A DNA stretch of 64,000 nucleotides from Octopus vulgaris (lineage: Eukaryota), in the NCBI GenBank assembly GCA_951406725.2, contig OX597814.1, positions 130,634,001-130,698,000 on the forward strand, in the 5' to 3' direction. Positions 40,347 through 54,540 of the stretch are shown piece after piece (the first letter of the stretch is position 1; each line of letters starts with the position of its first letter). A program made the position numbers and the translations under genes. Under the pieces are notes generated by a model that saw only the letters and a list, made by a program, of their open reading frames with translations, was not told the DNA's origin and searched no databases.

Positions 40347-40950
40347 TATTTCTTTATTGCACACAAAGTGCTAAACATAGAGGGGATAAACAAGGACAGA
40401 CAAAGGGGTTAAGTCGATTACATCGACCCTAGTGCGTAACTGGTACTTAATTTATCGACCCCGAAATGATGAAAGGCAAAGTCGACCTCGGCGGAATTTG
40501 AACTCAGAACGTAACGGCAGACGAAATACCTATTTCTATTTCTTTACTACCCACAAGGGGCTAAACACAGAGAGGTCAAACAAGGACAGACAAACGGATT
40601 AAGTCGATTATATCGACCCCAGTGTGTAACTGGTACTTATTTAATCGACCCCGAAAGGATCAATGGCAAAGTCGACCTTGGCGGAATTTGAACTCAGAAG
40701 GTAGCGGCAGACGAAATACCTATTTCTTTATTACCCACAAGGGGCTATACACAGAGGGGACAAACAAGGACAGACATAGGTATTAAGTCAATTACATTGA
40801 CCCCAGTGCGTAACTGGTACTTAATTTATCGCCCCCGAAAGGATGAAAGGCAAAGTCGGCCTCGGCGGAATTTGAACTCACAACGTAACGCAGACGAAAT
40901 ACCGCTAAGCATTTCGCCCGGCGTGCTAACGTTTCTGCCAGCTCGCCGCC
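40347..40950 (-). mobile_element. Tandem trimer of SINE family B
   Basis: One complete head (GGCGGCGAGCTGGCAG at 40950) and three ~190-bp bodies joined at AAATA|GGTATTTCGTCTGCC. Confidence 0.9.
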
Positions 40951-41199
40951 TTATACGCCTTTGGTAGAGGTTTCCTACCAAATCATGACTGTTGTCTCAA
41001 TATGGAGTGAAATTACAATCCCAATGAAAAGAAGATATGTGAAGCACATGTACAATCTGAGCCAAATCGATTTAGTTTTATGCAAAGACAGAAAAATCTG
41101 TACAACTTACTACGAATTATGACCCATAAAATGAATCGTTCGAATCTACACATGTCTAAATATTTTCCGTAAACAAAACATTATACAGCAATGCAAAAT

Positions 41200-41706
41200 A
41201 GTATGTATGTATGTATGTATGTATGTATGTATGTATGTATGTATGTATGTATGTATGTATGTATGTATGTATGTATGTATGCATGCATGCGTGTATGTAT
41301 GTATGTATGCATGTATGTATGTATGTATGTATGTATGTATGTATGTATATGTGCAGATTTGTATGTATGATCTTATGTACGTCTTCTCATGCATATACTT
41401 GCGTATCTAGACATGCCCATATATACTTAAATGATAAACTTCTGGAAAGTTTTACAGATTTTTACAGTTCCAGTGATGGAGTCTTTGAATCGGCTTCATC
41501 CTGAACTAGTAATCTGGATAGTATAGCTGCATATATTTCAATAGTTCAACGTAGGTATTCTCTTTTACAACGATCTCCAGCTTTATGTTAACATCCGCTG
41601 GGCAGCTGGTTTCAACAACTGTACATAGTTTCTTTTCTGTATTCCAAATCATTATATCAGGTCTGTTGAATTTACATTTTATTGAGGTTTTCACTGGCAT
41701 ATTCAT
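41200..41706 (-). pseudogene. RLE-type non-LTR retrotransposon 3' fragment flanked by (TACA)n
   Basis: PVKTSIKCKFNRPDIMIWNTEKKLCTVVETSCPAD..KENTY (RPD..E restriction-like nuclease motif); UTR ends CAAATCTGCAC(ATAC)n. Confidence 0.8.
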
Positions 41707-42023
41707 ACATACATACGTACGTACGCCTGTCTGTATGTATGTATATGTATGTATGTACAGAGGTATATGTGTGTGTTTGTATGTCTGTTTGTGTTTTAAA
41801 AGGAGAGATATTTTAGGGAATATAATCGCTCGTATGCAAAAATACAGATAGCCACAATTTGAAAGCGCTTACCATAGGTTTGCTCGATCACGAATAATCT
41901 GTGGCTAAACAATAACAACTGCAATACACTTCAGTCGAAGAAGAATCTTCGACAACAGTAATTGTAAGGCTTTCTTCCTTCTTTCACTACCTTGACTGGA
42001 TGCCTTTCCCAAGAGTGGATATA

Positions 42024-42233
42024 GGCGCAGGCGTGGCTGTGTGTGGTACGAAGCTGGCTCCACGAAGCTTGCTTCACAACCACATGGTTCCGAGTTCAGT
42101 CCTATTGCGTGGTAACTTGGCGACGTGTCTTCAACAATGGCCTCAGACTGACTAAAGCCTTTTGAGTGTATTTGGTAGACGGAAATCGGAAGAAGCCTGT
42201 GATGTGTACGTGTGTATGTGAGTGTGTGTGTGT

Positions 42234-42275
<42 letters not shown>

Positions 42276-42730
42276 GTTATATACACACACACATTGTGGA
42301 ACATTCATTTTAACGAATTGTTCTTATTTATTTATCACCTGACGAGATACATCTGCGCCACCGGATACTCCTGAACCAGTTGTTGAGTGTCCTACTGAAG
42401 AGGAATCGATGATACATGTGTCGAGACAATTGTCGTGATTAATAATAAATTCTCGTATATTCCATCTTCTGTCTTTCATTTGTTATATATATGTATATAT
42501 ATATATGCATAGATGCGTGTGTCTTTGTGTCTGTACTTGGCCCCACGATCGCTTGAAAAACCGTGTTGGTGTGCTTCCGCCCCCGTAACCTAGTGGTTCG
42601 GCAAAAGAAACCGATAGAATAAGTAGCAGGCTAAAAATATATAAGTCCTGAGGTCGATTTGTTCGACTAAAACTCTTGAAAACGGTGCCCAAGCATGGCC
42701 GCCTTCAAATGACTAATAAAAGTAAAATAA
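42024..42730 (+). mobile_element. SINE family A split by an insertion in its internal microsatellite
   Basis: Head/core 42024-42200 and tail 42520-42730; unrelated HHR-bearing segment between. Confidence 0.75.
42334..42439 (+). ncRNA. Type I hammerhead-like motif with long loop 2
   Basis: atcac-CTGACGA-GATACAT...ATGTGTC-GAGA-CAATTG-TC-gtgat: all three stems pair; one core mismatch (GAGA for GAAA). Confidence 0.65.
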
Positions 42731-42846
42731 TAAATGAATACATTCTATTATTATCATGTAGAAAATCAACACGCAAAAAATGTCTATACATGAAATCCTA
42801 TGTCACTTACTGCACTATCTTTGCGATAGCATGCTAGCACTTGTAT

Positions 42847-42919
<73 letters not shown>

Positions 42920-42920
<1 letters not shown>

Positions 42921-43322
42921 TGGTCCCAAACACACTTAGATAACAAAGACAGCTTAGATATATTTCGACCAATGTTTGGCAAAGGCCATGTCTAACTTAA
43001 GAGCAGTACCTGATAAGACCAGTTAAGTCATTTTTGCGTCAGGTTTTGTGGTATCATGGCCCATTCATGTAGGGAGTTATTTTTGACTGAGATGTATCCA
43101 GGTATAAGTAGCTTATCTGGCAACCCTTGAAGAAATTTATCCACGTTTCCTTTGATGATGATGGGATCCTTGATGTGTTTTGAGATAACGTTAAATAGAG
43201 CAGAACCTGTTGAGTAAAAGAAATTGTGTTGCAGGGAATTCATGTGTTGTGAGCCTGAATTGCGTAGGAGGCGTGTGGCACGTATCCCCAGTCTGGGATG
43301 AACTCTGAATCTAATTTTAAGG
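42920..43322 (-). pseudogene. LINE (CR1-like) ORF2 C-terminus and 3' UTR
   Basis: RFRVHPRLG...HNFFYSTGSALFNVI...VDKFLQGLPDKLLIPGY...NNSL. Confidence 0.65.
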
Positions 43323-43831
43323 TTCGCGTATGTGTGTGTTTCTGAGTACGCGCACCCGTGTGTATGTATCTATTTATGTATGAACGTACATATATATCTA
43401 TATATGTACGTGCTTACGTACGCATGTATTTATCTATGCTTGTATGTCTGCCTGTTTGTCTGCTTCTCTGGCTGTATGTATGTATATACATCTACGTATG
43501 TATATATGCATGTATTATGCTTGTATGCATGTATATTATTCAGTCCAATATCATAGGAATATATCACTCATTGTGTTGTTTACCTTTGAAGATGATATGT
43601 TACTGAATTTGAGAGAGGGATTTGGCTATTATTTCTGCCAAGTTGAGTAGTTTTGCAAGAACCTATCCCTTTTGTTAGTTACTTAAGCCTAATTATATAA
43701 AGTGCATTCTTTCACATAAAGAGAGCATTCGTTCTGTCCCCATTCGTTCGCCTAGATCACTTTATATTGGCGAATGGTGACTCACAGCAATAGCATATAT
43801 ATAACTCTATTACTAACATTCGACCTTATTT

Positions 43832-44282
43832 CCTTGTCACATTCTGTGTCACGCTGAATCTCCCTGCGAACTACGTTAAGATTACGTGTGTCTGTGGGGT
43901 GCACAGCCCCTTGCACGTTAATTTTATAAGCATGCTGTTCTATTCATCGAGTCATTTGGAACACTCGTCATCGTAACATTCGGAGGGTTAGTTAGTTAGT
44001 TATTATCGTTCGGTATTGCTGGTAATTGGTTGAACGGGTAAGACCGGTTCGCATACCTATCTGTCCACTTACACCATATCACCTCCTGTACTGTAGTGAG
44101 CTCGATTCTCGGATAGGGCTGTGTGTGTTGTGTTCTTGAACAAAGCCCTTTATATCACGTTGCTCCAGTTCACTCAGCTGTAGAAATGAGTTGCAACGTC
44201 ACTGGTGCCAAGCTGTATCGGCCTTTATCGGTGGTGAGTCTGAATATAAACACACTGCATATTCTCGTCATAGTCCAACCTA
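43832..44282 (+). repeat. Local segmental duplicate of 47525-48203 (SINE pieces plus unique spacers)
   Basis: Shared non-SINE linker GTTGAACGGGTAAGACCGGTTCGCATACCTATCT and end AGTCTGAATATAAACACAC. Confidence 0.8.
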
Positions 44283-44349
44283 ATTTTATATGTCCTCAGA
44301 ACAAGCGGATAATATGGTCTTGGGGATATTTTCCATCTCACAATTTTTT

Positions 44350-44722
44350 TAACAGTTTGAAACTCCAAATACTGGTAGAATTTCTCACATATAACACGGT
44401 TTACTCTGAAAGTTTTTGACACAGTTTCGTATTTTAGCAGTTATTTCGTGTTAAAGTTGTCGTATTTGGGTAATGTCGGTCAATCAGTGACGTGTAAGCT
44501 ACTACTGTTTGCGATAGTAATCCAGAAGGAACAACTTCCGGGTCATCTCTACTAAATGTCACTACTCTGTTCTATTCGTACGGCGAGCGAAGATAATGTC
44601 ACCTTTATCTTTTCTTCCTTTCTAGTCAGCACCGTACATTCCTTACTCTTTCCCTCCCTTCTACACTATCAAGTAACAACCAGCGAGCGAACTTGTCACT
44701 GCCACTATAATTACTGTATTTT
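44350..44722 (+). mobile_element. Long-TIR DNA transposon fragment (left TIR + internal piece)
   Basis: Complementary to 29220-29834 as described there. Confidence 0.55.
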
Positions 44723-44727
44723 CCGGT

Positions 44728-45414
44728 GTCGAGGATCATCACCGATTACGAGAGTTGGGTTTACGAGTATAACCCTGAGACGAAGCAGCAGTCATCACAA
44801 TGGAAGAGCCCTTCAGCTCTCCACGACTGAAGAAAGTACGACAGAACTGCAGCTCAATCAATAGGATACTGATCGTTTTGTTTTTGTTTTTCGACATCCG
44901 TGGTATTGTGCATCGAGAATTCGTCTTCCAGGACCAGACCGTTCAATAGATCGTTCTACTAAGAAATTTTGAAACGTTTGAGTGGGGGTGCATTCGGTGA
45001 AAGCGACCGGGTCTGTGGAGCACAAAGGATTGGATTCTTCACGACGACAATGCACCCTGTCACCGAGCCCTCCTCATTCGTGGGTTTCTCTCCAAAAACA
45101 ACATGGTATCACTTCCGCACCCGTCCTATTTGCCAGATTTAGCATCCCTTACTCAAGGTGAAAAGGCAGCTAAAAGCAGCTCAAAGGTCGCCGATTTGAC
45201 GCCGTTGTCATGATCCAAAGCGAATCACAGAACGTCCTCAACTCGCTAACGGAAAGCGACTTCTGGGCTGGATTCCAAAAGTGGCAGGAACGCTAGGACC
45301 GGTGTATTGCTACGCAAGGTGACTAATTCGAAGGAGATAATGTTAAACCTTAGGTAGATAAATTATTTTTTATTAACCATAATTAGTCCGAGAACTTTTT
45401 GATACCATCGCGTA
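44728..45414 (+). mobile_element. Mariner transposase catalytic-domain remnant with right TIR (third subfamily)
   Basis: SRIITDYESWVYEYNPETKQQSSQWK, FFDIRGIVHREF, WILHDDNAPCH, HPSYLPDLA; end GTCCGAGAACTTTTTGATACCATCGCG-TA. Confidence 0.88.
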
Positions 45415-45549
45415 TTCGAAATTCCTCCATTCTGTCCTGTTCTCTCTTCAGAGAAATTGTTATCATAGCTCTTATCTAGTTATTTATTTAGACACACTCA
45501 GAAGAAAATAAAGTGAAAAATAACATACTCTGTATTGTCAACCACATTT

Positions 45550-45624
<75 letters not shown>

Positions 45625-45675
45625 ACTATCTGTCTATCTATTGTCAACCAATGTAAAGATCTTTTTATCGCTGTC

Positions 45676-45727
<52 letters not shown>

Positions 45728-46962
45728 CTCTCTCTACACACATGTACCTGTATGTATATATATATATATATATATAAATATATATATGTATGTATATATA
45801 TATGGATGTATATAAATTCATCCAGACACACACACACACATATGTACATGTGTGTGTGCGAATGTGTGTGTGTGCGTGCGTGCGTGCGTGCGTGCGTGTG
45901 CTCGTGTGTGTTTTTGCGCACGTATGTATGTATGTATGTATGCGCACGCACATTCATACACACATATAAACATGTGTCAGGGAAGCGATGGAAAGACTTA
46001 CGTTTCTGCCAAAAATAAAAAATTTGCTTATGAAGCAATCAACCCTCTATGTTAATCTCTAGTCATCAAGTCTGCAACGTGTAAATTGTTTTTTTGCGAA
46101 ATCATTCGTTTGAACTGTTTGTGACGCTCATTCCTTTTTCTTTATTCAGTTAGATTTCTATAGATGCTGATTTTATGGAAGATGAACCTAGAATGAAATG
46201 TTGGAGACAAACTGAATTTGCAGGAAATAATGTGCAACACACGTTTTTTTTTTTGTTTCTCACTTTTTTAATGTTTTCATTACTGCTGTTTAATCTTTAG
46301 TGTTCTCTAATCGAGAAAACTAAAGATCCAAGACAACCCAGTCATGACGATCCCGTCTCGTCATTTGTGTGACTATCTGTGAGAGTACGATGCCCGTATC
46401 ATATAATTTTTTATGATAGTAAGGTATGATTTGACCGAAATTTGATTGCCATTTATAGCAGGTTTGATTGCCATTTATAACAACATAGCAGGTTTGATTG
46501 CCATTTATAACAACATAGAAGTCCTTCGTTGGTTTGCTTGTGCATGTATACGTGTGCTTGTGTTGAAAGAAACAGTGTGGAAGACGCGCTTGAGAGGGAT
46601 TGGAACGGGTATCTTCGTATCTGGCCAGGGGTTGGTCAACTTTTTTAGTTACCACCTCAGCAGTAAGATCAGGTTGGAGAAGAGGTACCTATCACATGAA
46701 AAATTCAGAAAAAGATGGAAGCTTGTGGAGAGGAAGCTGGGAGTAACTGGCACCAAGTAAGCGGATCCACGGAAAGAAAGCAAAGGTCCTACTCTGGTGT
46801 AGGATGCCTTTCCTTGGTGTTAAACATTGCTTTTAGCAATGCATTCATTTTTAATCTCATCTGTATGATAATCATTGTCAATTTTTAATCGTTTAAAGCT
46901 ACTTCACCCTTTTATGTTTGTCTGTCCTTGTTCGTCCCCTCTATGTTTTGCCTTATGGAAAA

Positions 46963-47362
46963 TCTTTATATATAAAAGTCAAGTTGTGTGTCTGTCTCCT
47001 ACGATTTAGATTCCTAACCACTCCCACATTTTGCGGCGCAGTGTAACCAAAAGCGGGTATCTTATAGTCGTGATTCATATCGAGCCCTTCTGGGTATTAG
47101 CACGCGTCTACGATGAGTCTACGATTTTAAAAATAATTTACCATCATTTTTTTCCATTTTAATGCATTTTTCGCTATTATATAAGGGAAGTAACTCTCTA
47201 AAAATGTCTACGATGAGTCAACGATTAAAAAAAAAATTTACCATAATTTTTTTTCCATTTTTAATGCATTTTTTTTTTGCTATTTTTTGGCTATAACTCT
47301 CTAAAAATGCTTATATAGTTATTTCCCTTACAAACCCGAGCAACGCCGGGCGATACTGCTAG
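46963..47362 (+). mobile_element. Non-autonomous Helitron
   Basis: Inserted between A and T; 5' TCTTTATATATAAAAG; 3' hairpin CCCGAGCAACGCCGGG then CTAG; internal ~100-bp tandem duplication. Confidence 0.88.
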
Positions 47363-47524
47363 TATGAAATAAAGTATATGTGCGTTTGTGTTTGTTAGTA
47401 CTGATCAAGCACATGAAAGAATGCGCGTAGTGTGTTCGATACTCAGCGGCACGCTTTATTTTACTTTCATCCAGTTTACTCCGTTGGCAAAAATGAGAAA
47501 TACCTCTATTTTTCGAAGAGCCAC

Positions 47525-48203
47525 CCTTGTCACATTCTGTGTCACGTTGAATAATCCTGGAAAACTACGCTCAGATTACGTGAGTCTGTGGAGTGCTGAG
47601 TCCCTTGCACGTTAATTTCACAAGCATACCGTTCTATTCATCGAGTCATTTGGAGCACTCGTCGTTGTAACCTACGGAGAGCCAGTTAGTTAGCGATTAT
47701 CGTTCGATATTGCAAATAATTTGTTGAACGGGTAAGACCGGTTCGCATACCTATCTTCCCACTTACACTATATCACATTCTGTACTGAACATTCGGGCTC
47801 ACAGTCATGAGGTAATAATTTCGATTCCGTGACAGGGCTGTGTGTTGTGTTCTTAACTAAGTGACCTTATTTCACGTTGCTCCAGTTCACTCAGCTGTAG
47901 AAATGAGTTGCGACATCACTGGTGCCAAGCTGTATCGGCCTTTGCCTTTCACTTGGATTACATCGGTCGCGTGGAGAGGGGAGGCTGGTATGTATGGGCG
48001 ACTGCTGGTCTTCCATAAATAACCTTGCCTAGACTTTTGCCTCGGAGGGGAACTTTCTAGGTGCATCCCATGCTCATTCATGACCGTACGGGTCTTTTAT
48101 TTTTTCACTGTACATTCAAACATGTCGTGATCAATCATAAGGTGTACAGTAGTGGGAAGTCTGAATATAAACACACAGTATATTCTCTTCAAAGTTCAAC
48201 CTA
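47525..48203 (+). repeat. Local segmental duplicate of 43832-44282, includes near-complete SINE family C (47790-48095)
   Basis: Direct alignment by eye; the SINE C part matches 9217-9553. Confidence 0.8.
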
Positions 48204-49450
48204 AGAATTCTGGTAAATTTACATTATGAAAGCTGAAAAAGAATAAAAAAGGCCTGAGAAGTTAAATATGAATATCTAATTGCTAGATCGAGCAAATTAT
48301 ACCCTAATATATAGTTGAGGAAGAGAATAGCATAAAAGATGATACATTCTCAGTCAGTAATAAGAAGACGATTCAGGAGATGTTCAGAATTTATTGTACG
48401 CTAACAAGGCCCTAACATAAGAAGACCTTCGGGAATTAATAGAATTACGAGAGTCTCGTTCGTAATCGGTTTATTATTATTGATTATTATTAATTATTAC
48501 ATTTCTCGTTACATATTAAAGATCTAGCTACACTGAGCTTTAAACACACAAAGTAATGGTACTTATGTACCTCATGTCATCAAATTAGACACTCAACTTT
48601 TGCTGTTGCTCTTTCTATCACTGTTCACTGTCACAAAATAATGTTTCTAATATAGGCACAACGCCAGAAATTTGGGGGAATGGTGCCAAATACTGCTAGT
48701 ATTTTATTGACCTAGGTGGAATTTGAGCACAGAACCTATCGAAATTGCAACAAAGAATTCTATCGTATACTCCGTCAAACAATCGCGCTTCGTAGACGTG
48801 AATTACTGGCAGTAAGAGATTTTAAAAAATAAACCGTATTATATTATTTTACTCAAAAATATTCGGCCATTTTGGGTTAACTACAGCAGTAGCAAAAACA
48901 ACGTCGGTAACAACAACAAAACACATGATTAGATTGCTTTGTTAAGTATTAGTTCAAACACTTGCGTTAAGATGAAATAACTTGCATCTTTACGTATAAC
49001 GTCTATAGTTTACTTTTTCTAACAAATTTATATTTTAGAAAAGAAAACCAAAAGAATTTAAAATAAAGAATGAAATTGCTAATGAAATTACACAATACTT
49101 TGTGTTGACATCAAAGATTTTTAAAGCAATCAGGAAATACTGTTGATCAGTTTAAAGAAAACAAAATTTCTGTCAAAAGAAAATAAAATTGTAGCCAATT
49201 TTGTTATAGCTCACGTGTAATGTGTCTCGTTGTTGACTAAAATAGTATTTTTCTCGAGGGCTGAAGTCAAAAGGGAGCAGACAAATTATCACGTTTAATA
49301 AAATTAGATGACTAAAGTTTTTAAACATGTGCAACGCCATTATGAAGAATTACTTGAAAGATGAACAATTATTTGAATGTAAATTTTATTTTGTTTTTTC
49401 ATTAAAAAGAGGTCAACCTAGGGACGTCAAGGTCCCTATTCTGGGACAAT

Positions 49451-49660
49451 GAGCTGGCAGAATCATTACCGCGCTGGACAAAATGTTTAGCGACATTTCT
49501 CCTAGCTTTACGTTCTGAGTTCAAATGCTGCCGAAGTCGATTTTCCTTTTCATTCTTTCTGGGTCGATAAAAAGCGTATCAGTCGAGCACTGGAGTCGAT
49601 GATATCGTGTTATCCCTTCAACTAAAATTGCTGGCCTCGTGCCAAAATTTGAAATCAGGA
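49451..49660 (+). mobile_element. SINE family B, diverged
   Basis: GAGCTGGCAGAATC...TTACGTTCTGAGTTCAAAT...GGGTCGATAAAAAG. Confidence 0.75.
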
Positions 49661-50360
49661 TTAAAGAGGGACACAGACGAAAAATGCTACTAAAATTCTC
49701 TTTGAGTGTACTGGTATTTCCCCGCTTCAGAATTATTACTGTGTTAAAAGATGCCGCCCCAGCGGTGGAATAAATTTTTCATCCAGGCACAGATAGTTGT
49801 ACGCTACCCATTAAACATGGTCTAATGTGGTCCAGCTGAAATCCAATTCGGGTGAAAGAGACAAAGTAAGCGTAGATATTGTTACTGTCACAGGAATAGC
49901 TGAAGGATTTGGAAGTTTGCTTCGTAACTAAGCAAGATCTGCTTAGATCCTTCCACAGAGCCCATTGGGCAAGTGTCTAGGATCGATCAAATCTTTGTGA
50001 AGGAAATTTGGTCGAAGAGAATTATATGGAAGCCCATCGAAATAAACGACATTGTTCTCGGATAATAGCCTGACTTAATCCATCGTCCATCTTAATATTG
50101 CCACTTCATCTGACCCATGTCTTACTTTAGCGGGCATTTGAGCTATACCTCACCTGTGTAAGGATAAGTCCTTCCTTTCACCTCACCAGTCTCTGACGTT
50201 TGGAAAGTCACGGAGAGGCTGTTATTTCCTAATTTCACGAAGCCTTTAAAGATATATTGGGGATTCTGTCCCCAGGCTATGAACTAGCGATGGTTGCTGT
50301 TGGTTTAGGAGTTAGTTTTTACTTTGATGTAAAATGTACAAATAATAATAATAATAACAC

Positions 50361-50411
<51 letters not shown>

Positions 50412-50413
<2 letters not shown>

Positions 50414-50843
50414 GATTTGCTTGTCAGTTGTTTGTTTGACCTTAACCAGTTGAGCTTGTCCCTTAGTGGCTGACGATATGTGCATCTCTGATCACGAGCA
50501 GAAGTAGTGGGGGAGCATCATAGCTATGTGTTGAGAGGGATTCTTTGGGGTTTGAATAATTCACCTCTGGAAGCATGGGTGGTTCTTTCAACATCCTTAA
50601 ACAACCCTTATTCAGGGACCTTTTGAGCGGGATGGGCTACTCAACCTGAAGAAAATTCTAACTGGACCCCACCTGCAAGGTCATGTGCTGTTTATCTTGA
50701 TATGATATCACCATGTCGCGCACATATGGTTGTGATGCATGTGCCTGGTGTACCCTTATCAGACGGGTAGTCATGATGGGTATATTGGGCTTCGTATATT
50801 TTACCCCAGTGTCACTTTGATGGCATGAACTGCTCTCTCACTC
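50412..50843 (+). mobile_element. (AAT)n-embedded retroposon, 5'-truncated copy
   Basis: Matches the 3' part of 8002-8545; same 3' end; (AAT)n flanks. Confidence 0.85.
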
Positions 50844-50888
<45 letters not shown>

Positions 50889-50894
50889 TATAAT

Positions 50895-51370
50895 AAGAGG
50901 AGGAAACTGGGAAAATGATTAAAAACCGACCGAGAAAAATTAGAGAAGAAATATAAAATACGGAAGAAGGGTTTGATGCAATAATAGAGCAGTTAAAACA
51001 GAGTATTATAGCAAAAAGCCAGAAGATCAAAATATTTGTGAACAGAAATAAGCACCTCGAGGAAAGCAATTCTTCCGAACGTTAGAAGGAGACAATGGGG
51101 GGAAATGTTGCTCCTGATGCAAATCAAGCCAAGGAGATCTGGAGCGGATTATGGGGAAACAATGTGGTGCATAAAAGGGATTCAATGTGGATAGGAACTA
51201 TCAAAACAGAATTACATGGAGGAAAGAAACAAAGGAATACTGTCATAAGCTAAGATTACGTGAAAGAACAAGTGAGTAAAGTGTCTAACTGGAAAGCCCC
51301 CGGACCAGATGGGATTCATGGCTTTTGGCTGAAGAGATGCCACGTGGTGCATGAAAGACCAGCAGCCGAA
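50895..51370 (+). pseudogene. R4/Dong-like non-LTR retrotransposon, pre-RT fragment
   Basis: LKQSIIAKSQKIK...EIWSGLWG..VHK...VSNWKAPGPDGIHGFWLK; begins in (AAT)n. Confidence 0.82.
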
Positions 51371-53107
51371 TTCTGCTCTAAACTATACTAATTGTTTGGG
51401 GTGTATGCACGATGGTACCTCGGTTTCGGAATGCATAAGGAACATACGCATACACACGCACACACACACATACAAACTTTCCTTTATAGTTACAGATTTT
51501 AGATCAGTAATAACCTTCTAGGTATCTCAAGTACTTTTATCAACTATGTTTCGTGTGTTAAGTAGGTCGTAATCAGCCCGAACTTTAATTCATATCTTTA
51601 CTTTATTATTCACCTAAACGCATAGGAAGCATTTCAACAGTCCATGCTTCTACTTGTATCACATCATTTAGTTTAGTGACCATAATATAGTCGAAATCAC
51701 ACGCTTGACTTAGTATGTTTCTCAGTTTTCGCACAGCTTTTTTTATATATATAATACCAGCATTAACACGCATTGCAATCGAGTGGAATATAGAAGGTTT
51801 TGCTTTCTTTATGACTCCAGATATGGCTGATTTATTACTCTCCGTAATATGGTGACATAGGTTGTTTAAATTGCAAAGTAGTTTGATGCCATCAGCCTTA
51901 TGTTTATATTACTTCCCGGTCGTTTGTAACTCGTATGTTTCCCATAACGCTTAATTTGACAGCCTGTCTTGCATTATCCCCTCTTTATATTTCTTCTGAG
52001 CAAGTTTATTGCATTTGCTTATCAAACGTTCCACATTTTCCTATTTCGCCATGCCAATATTCGATATAATTTGCTGCTGCTGTTTGAAGAGGTGAAACTA
52101 ACACACAGAGATGTTGCGAACCGTTCGTTCAAGGTTCTTTACAGAAACCTTCTTACAAACAAAAATAGAAAACGCTAAGTAAAAGAAATGAAAAGAAAAG
52201 GACGTTGTGCTAACGGGAGAGAAATAACCACTTTTGTAGTTGCTGTCGTTTTGCTATCGTGTTTTGTTACTATTTGCTCAATTTTAGTTTCGTTTTGACC
52301 TCAAAAACATTTATTTCTTTGATAAATTCGATGGACAAGAGATGACGGCCTTTCGTGGGGGTACGTTTATACATTTAGTTTTCAATACCTAACTTTTTGT
52401 TTCGTTATTTTTGCGGAAACCCATTGATTATTAGTAGAGGCTTTAATGTCATCCAATGGCCGTGTATCAAATCACGTTGATGGTTCATCGCATAATATAT
52501 TATTTTCTTTATCTCTTCTTCCCTACATTTTTTCCTACGTCCAGCTTTTCTTCTTCTGCTTCTCTTTCTTAGTATTGTGACCACGCTTTGAATCTGTAAT
52601 TATAAAGCATTCACGATGAAATCACATCGATTATCAATAGATCGAAGGCAGTTTTAACAAAAATTTAGATTTATTGTATGGAGCCATCAGTCTATAAAAG
52701 CAATCACGCCGCCATTTTGTCCCAGTTTTCCACGTTTCCTTTTTCTATCTTCTCAAGAGTAGTTTAATTTTTCTTCCATCGCATTTCTTTTTTTCTTTCC
52801 TTCTTTCCTTCTTTTTTCTGTTCTTTCTTCAGCCATCACAACGGTCATCATAGTTATCGTATTTGTAAAGAGCATCGTGATGATCCGCCTACTTCTACTG
52901 CTCTGCTTTACCTCCACTTTTCTATGAAGGTGGTGATAATGATGGTGATGATGGTGATGATGATGGTGGTGGTGGTGGTGAGATCGTCATCCTTCTATTC
53001 ATCTCATCGTTGGTTCATTCGTTACATTTTCTCTTTTCATTTGTCTTTTCCTTATTATCGACAAAAGTCATTACCATCATCACCCCAACAATAGCTGCTG
53101 CTGCTAT

Positions 53108-53156
<49 letters not shown>

Positions 53157-53805
53157 GCTACTTTTTATTGTTTACTCAGACGACGTTGGACATAACCTCT
53201 CCTCCTCTGACTAAGGAATTAAAACAACTTCTGAGGACTACTGCCGCTGTTGCTGCTTCTGTCGCTCACGCTGACCATAACCATTTTTTAAAATCTTTTG
53301 GACAGAAAAATCTATTGTGTACTCCTACTACTGTTTTTCTCTATGATCCTCATATGTCGGGCTTTTCCATCACTGAGCAAGAAGACCCTAAAGTGACTTT
53401 TACTCTCACACATGTAACAACTAGGAAGCCTGATGAGTTATTTCTCCGCTCACTCAACGCTAAAACGCTCCAGGATATCATTGTGATTTTTATGGAGATC
53501 TTCAAGATATAGATGACTATGCCCAGCCCTTGCGACCATTTGTTGTTGCGTATTCCTTCTGCGCAAAACAGTTACCCGTAAAGTGCTGCAAACATGACGA
53601 TAAACCGAAAGTCAACATCGGCACCAACGTCACTGTTTCTTTTTTTTTTTTTACATTTCTGTGGCAGCACTCCGAGTGCAAGTGTCCTGTATGTCTCTTT
53701 CCCTCATTCTCAGTCTTAAATACCACAAAGCATTTTTGTCTTGTGCCTCAACGACACACACAGCCAATCCGACACTCTGAAAGCATTATCAATAATAATA
53801 ATAAC

Positions 53806-54540
<735 letters not shown>

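Noticed and set aside
40347-40950. CRISPR-like array
   Set aside because: Units are ~190-bp SINE bodies without unique spacers, in eukaryotic DNA
46454-46518. ~30-bp tandem duplication ATAGCAGGTTTGATTGCCATTTATAACAAC
   Set aside because: Simple local duplication with no further structure
53168-53512. 114-aa non-repetitive ORF
   Set aside because: No ATG start, no recognisable domain or splice context; may be a decayed retroelement ORF1 but cannot be supported
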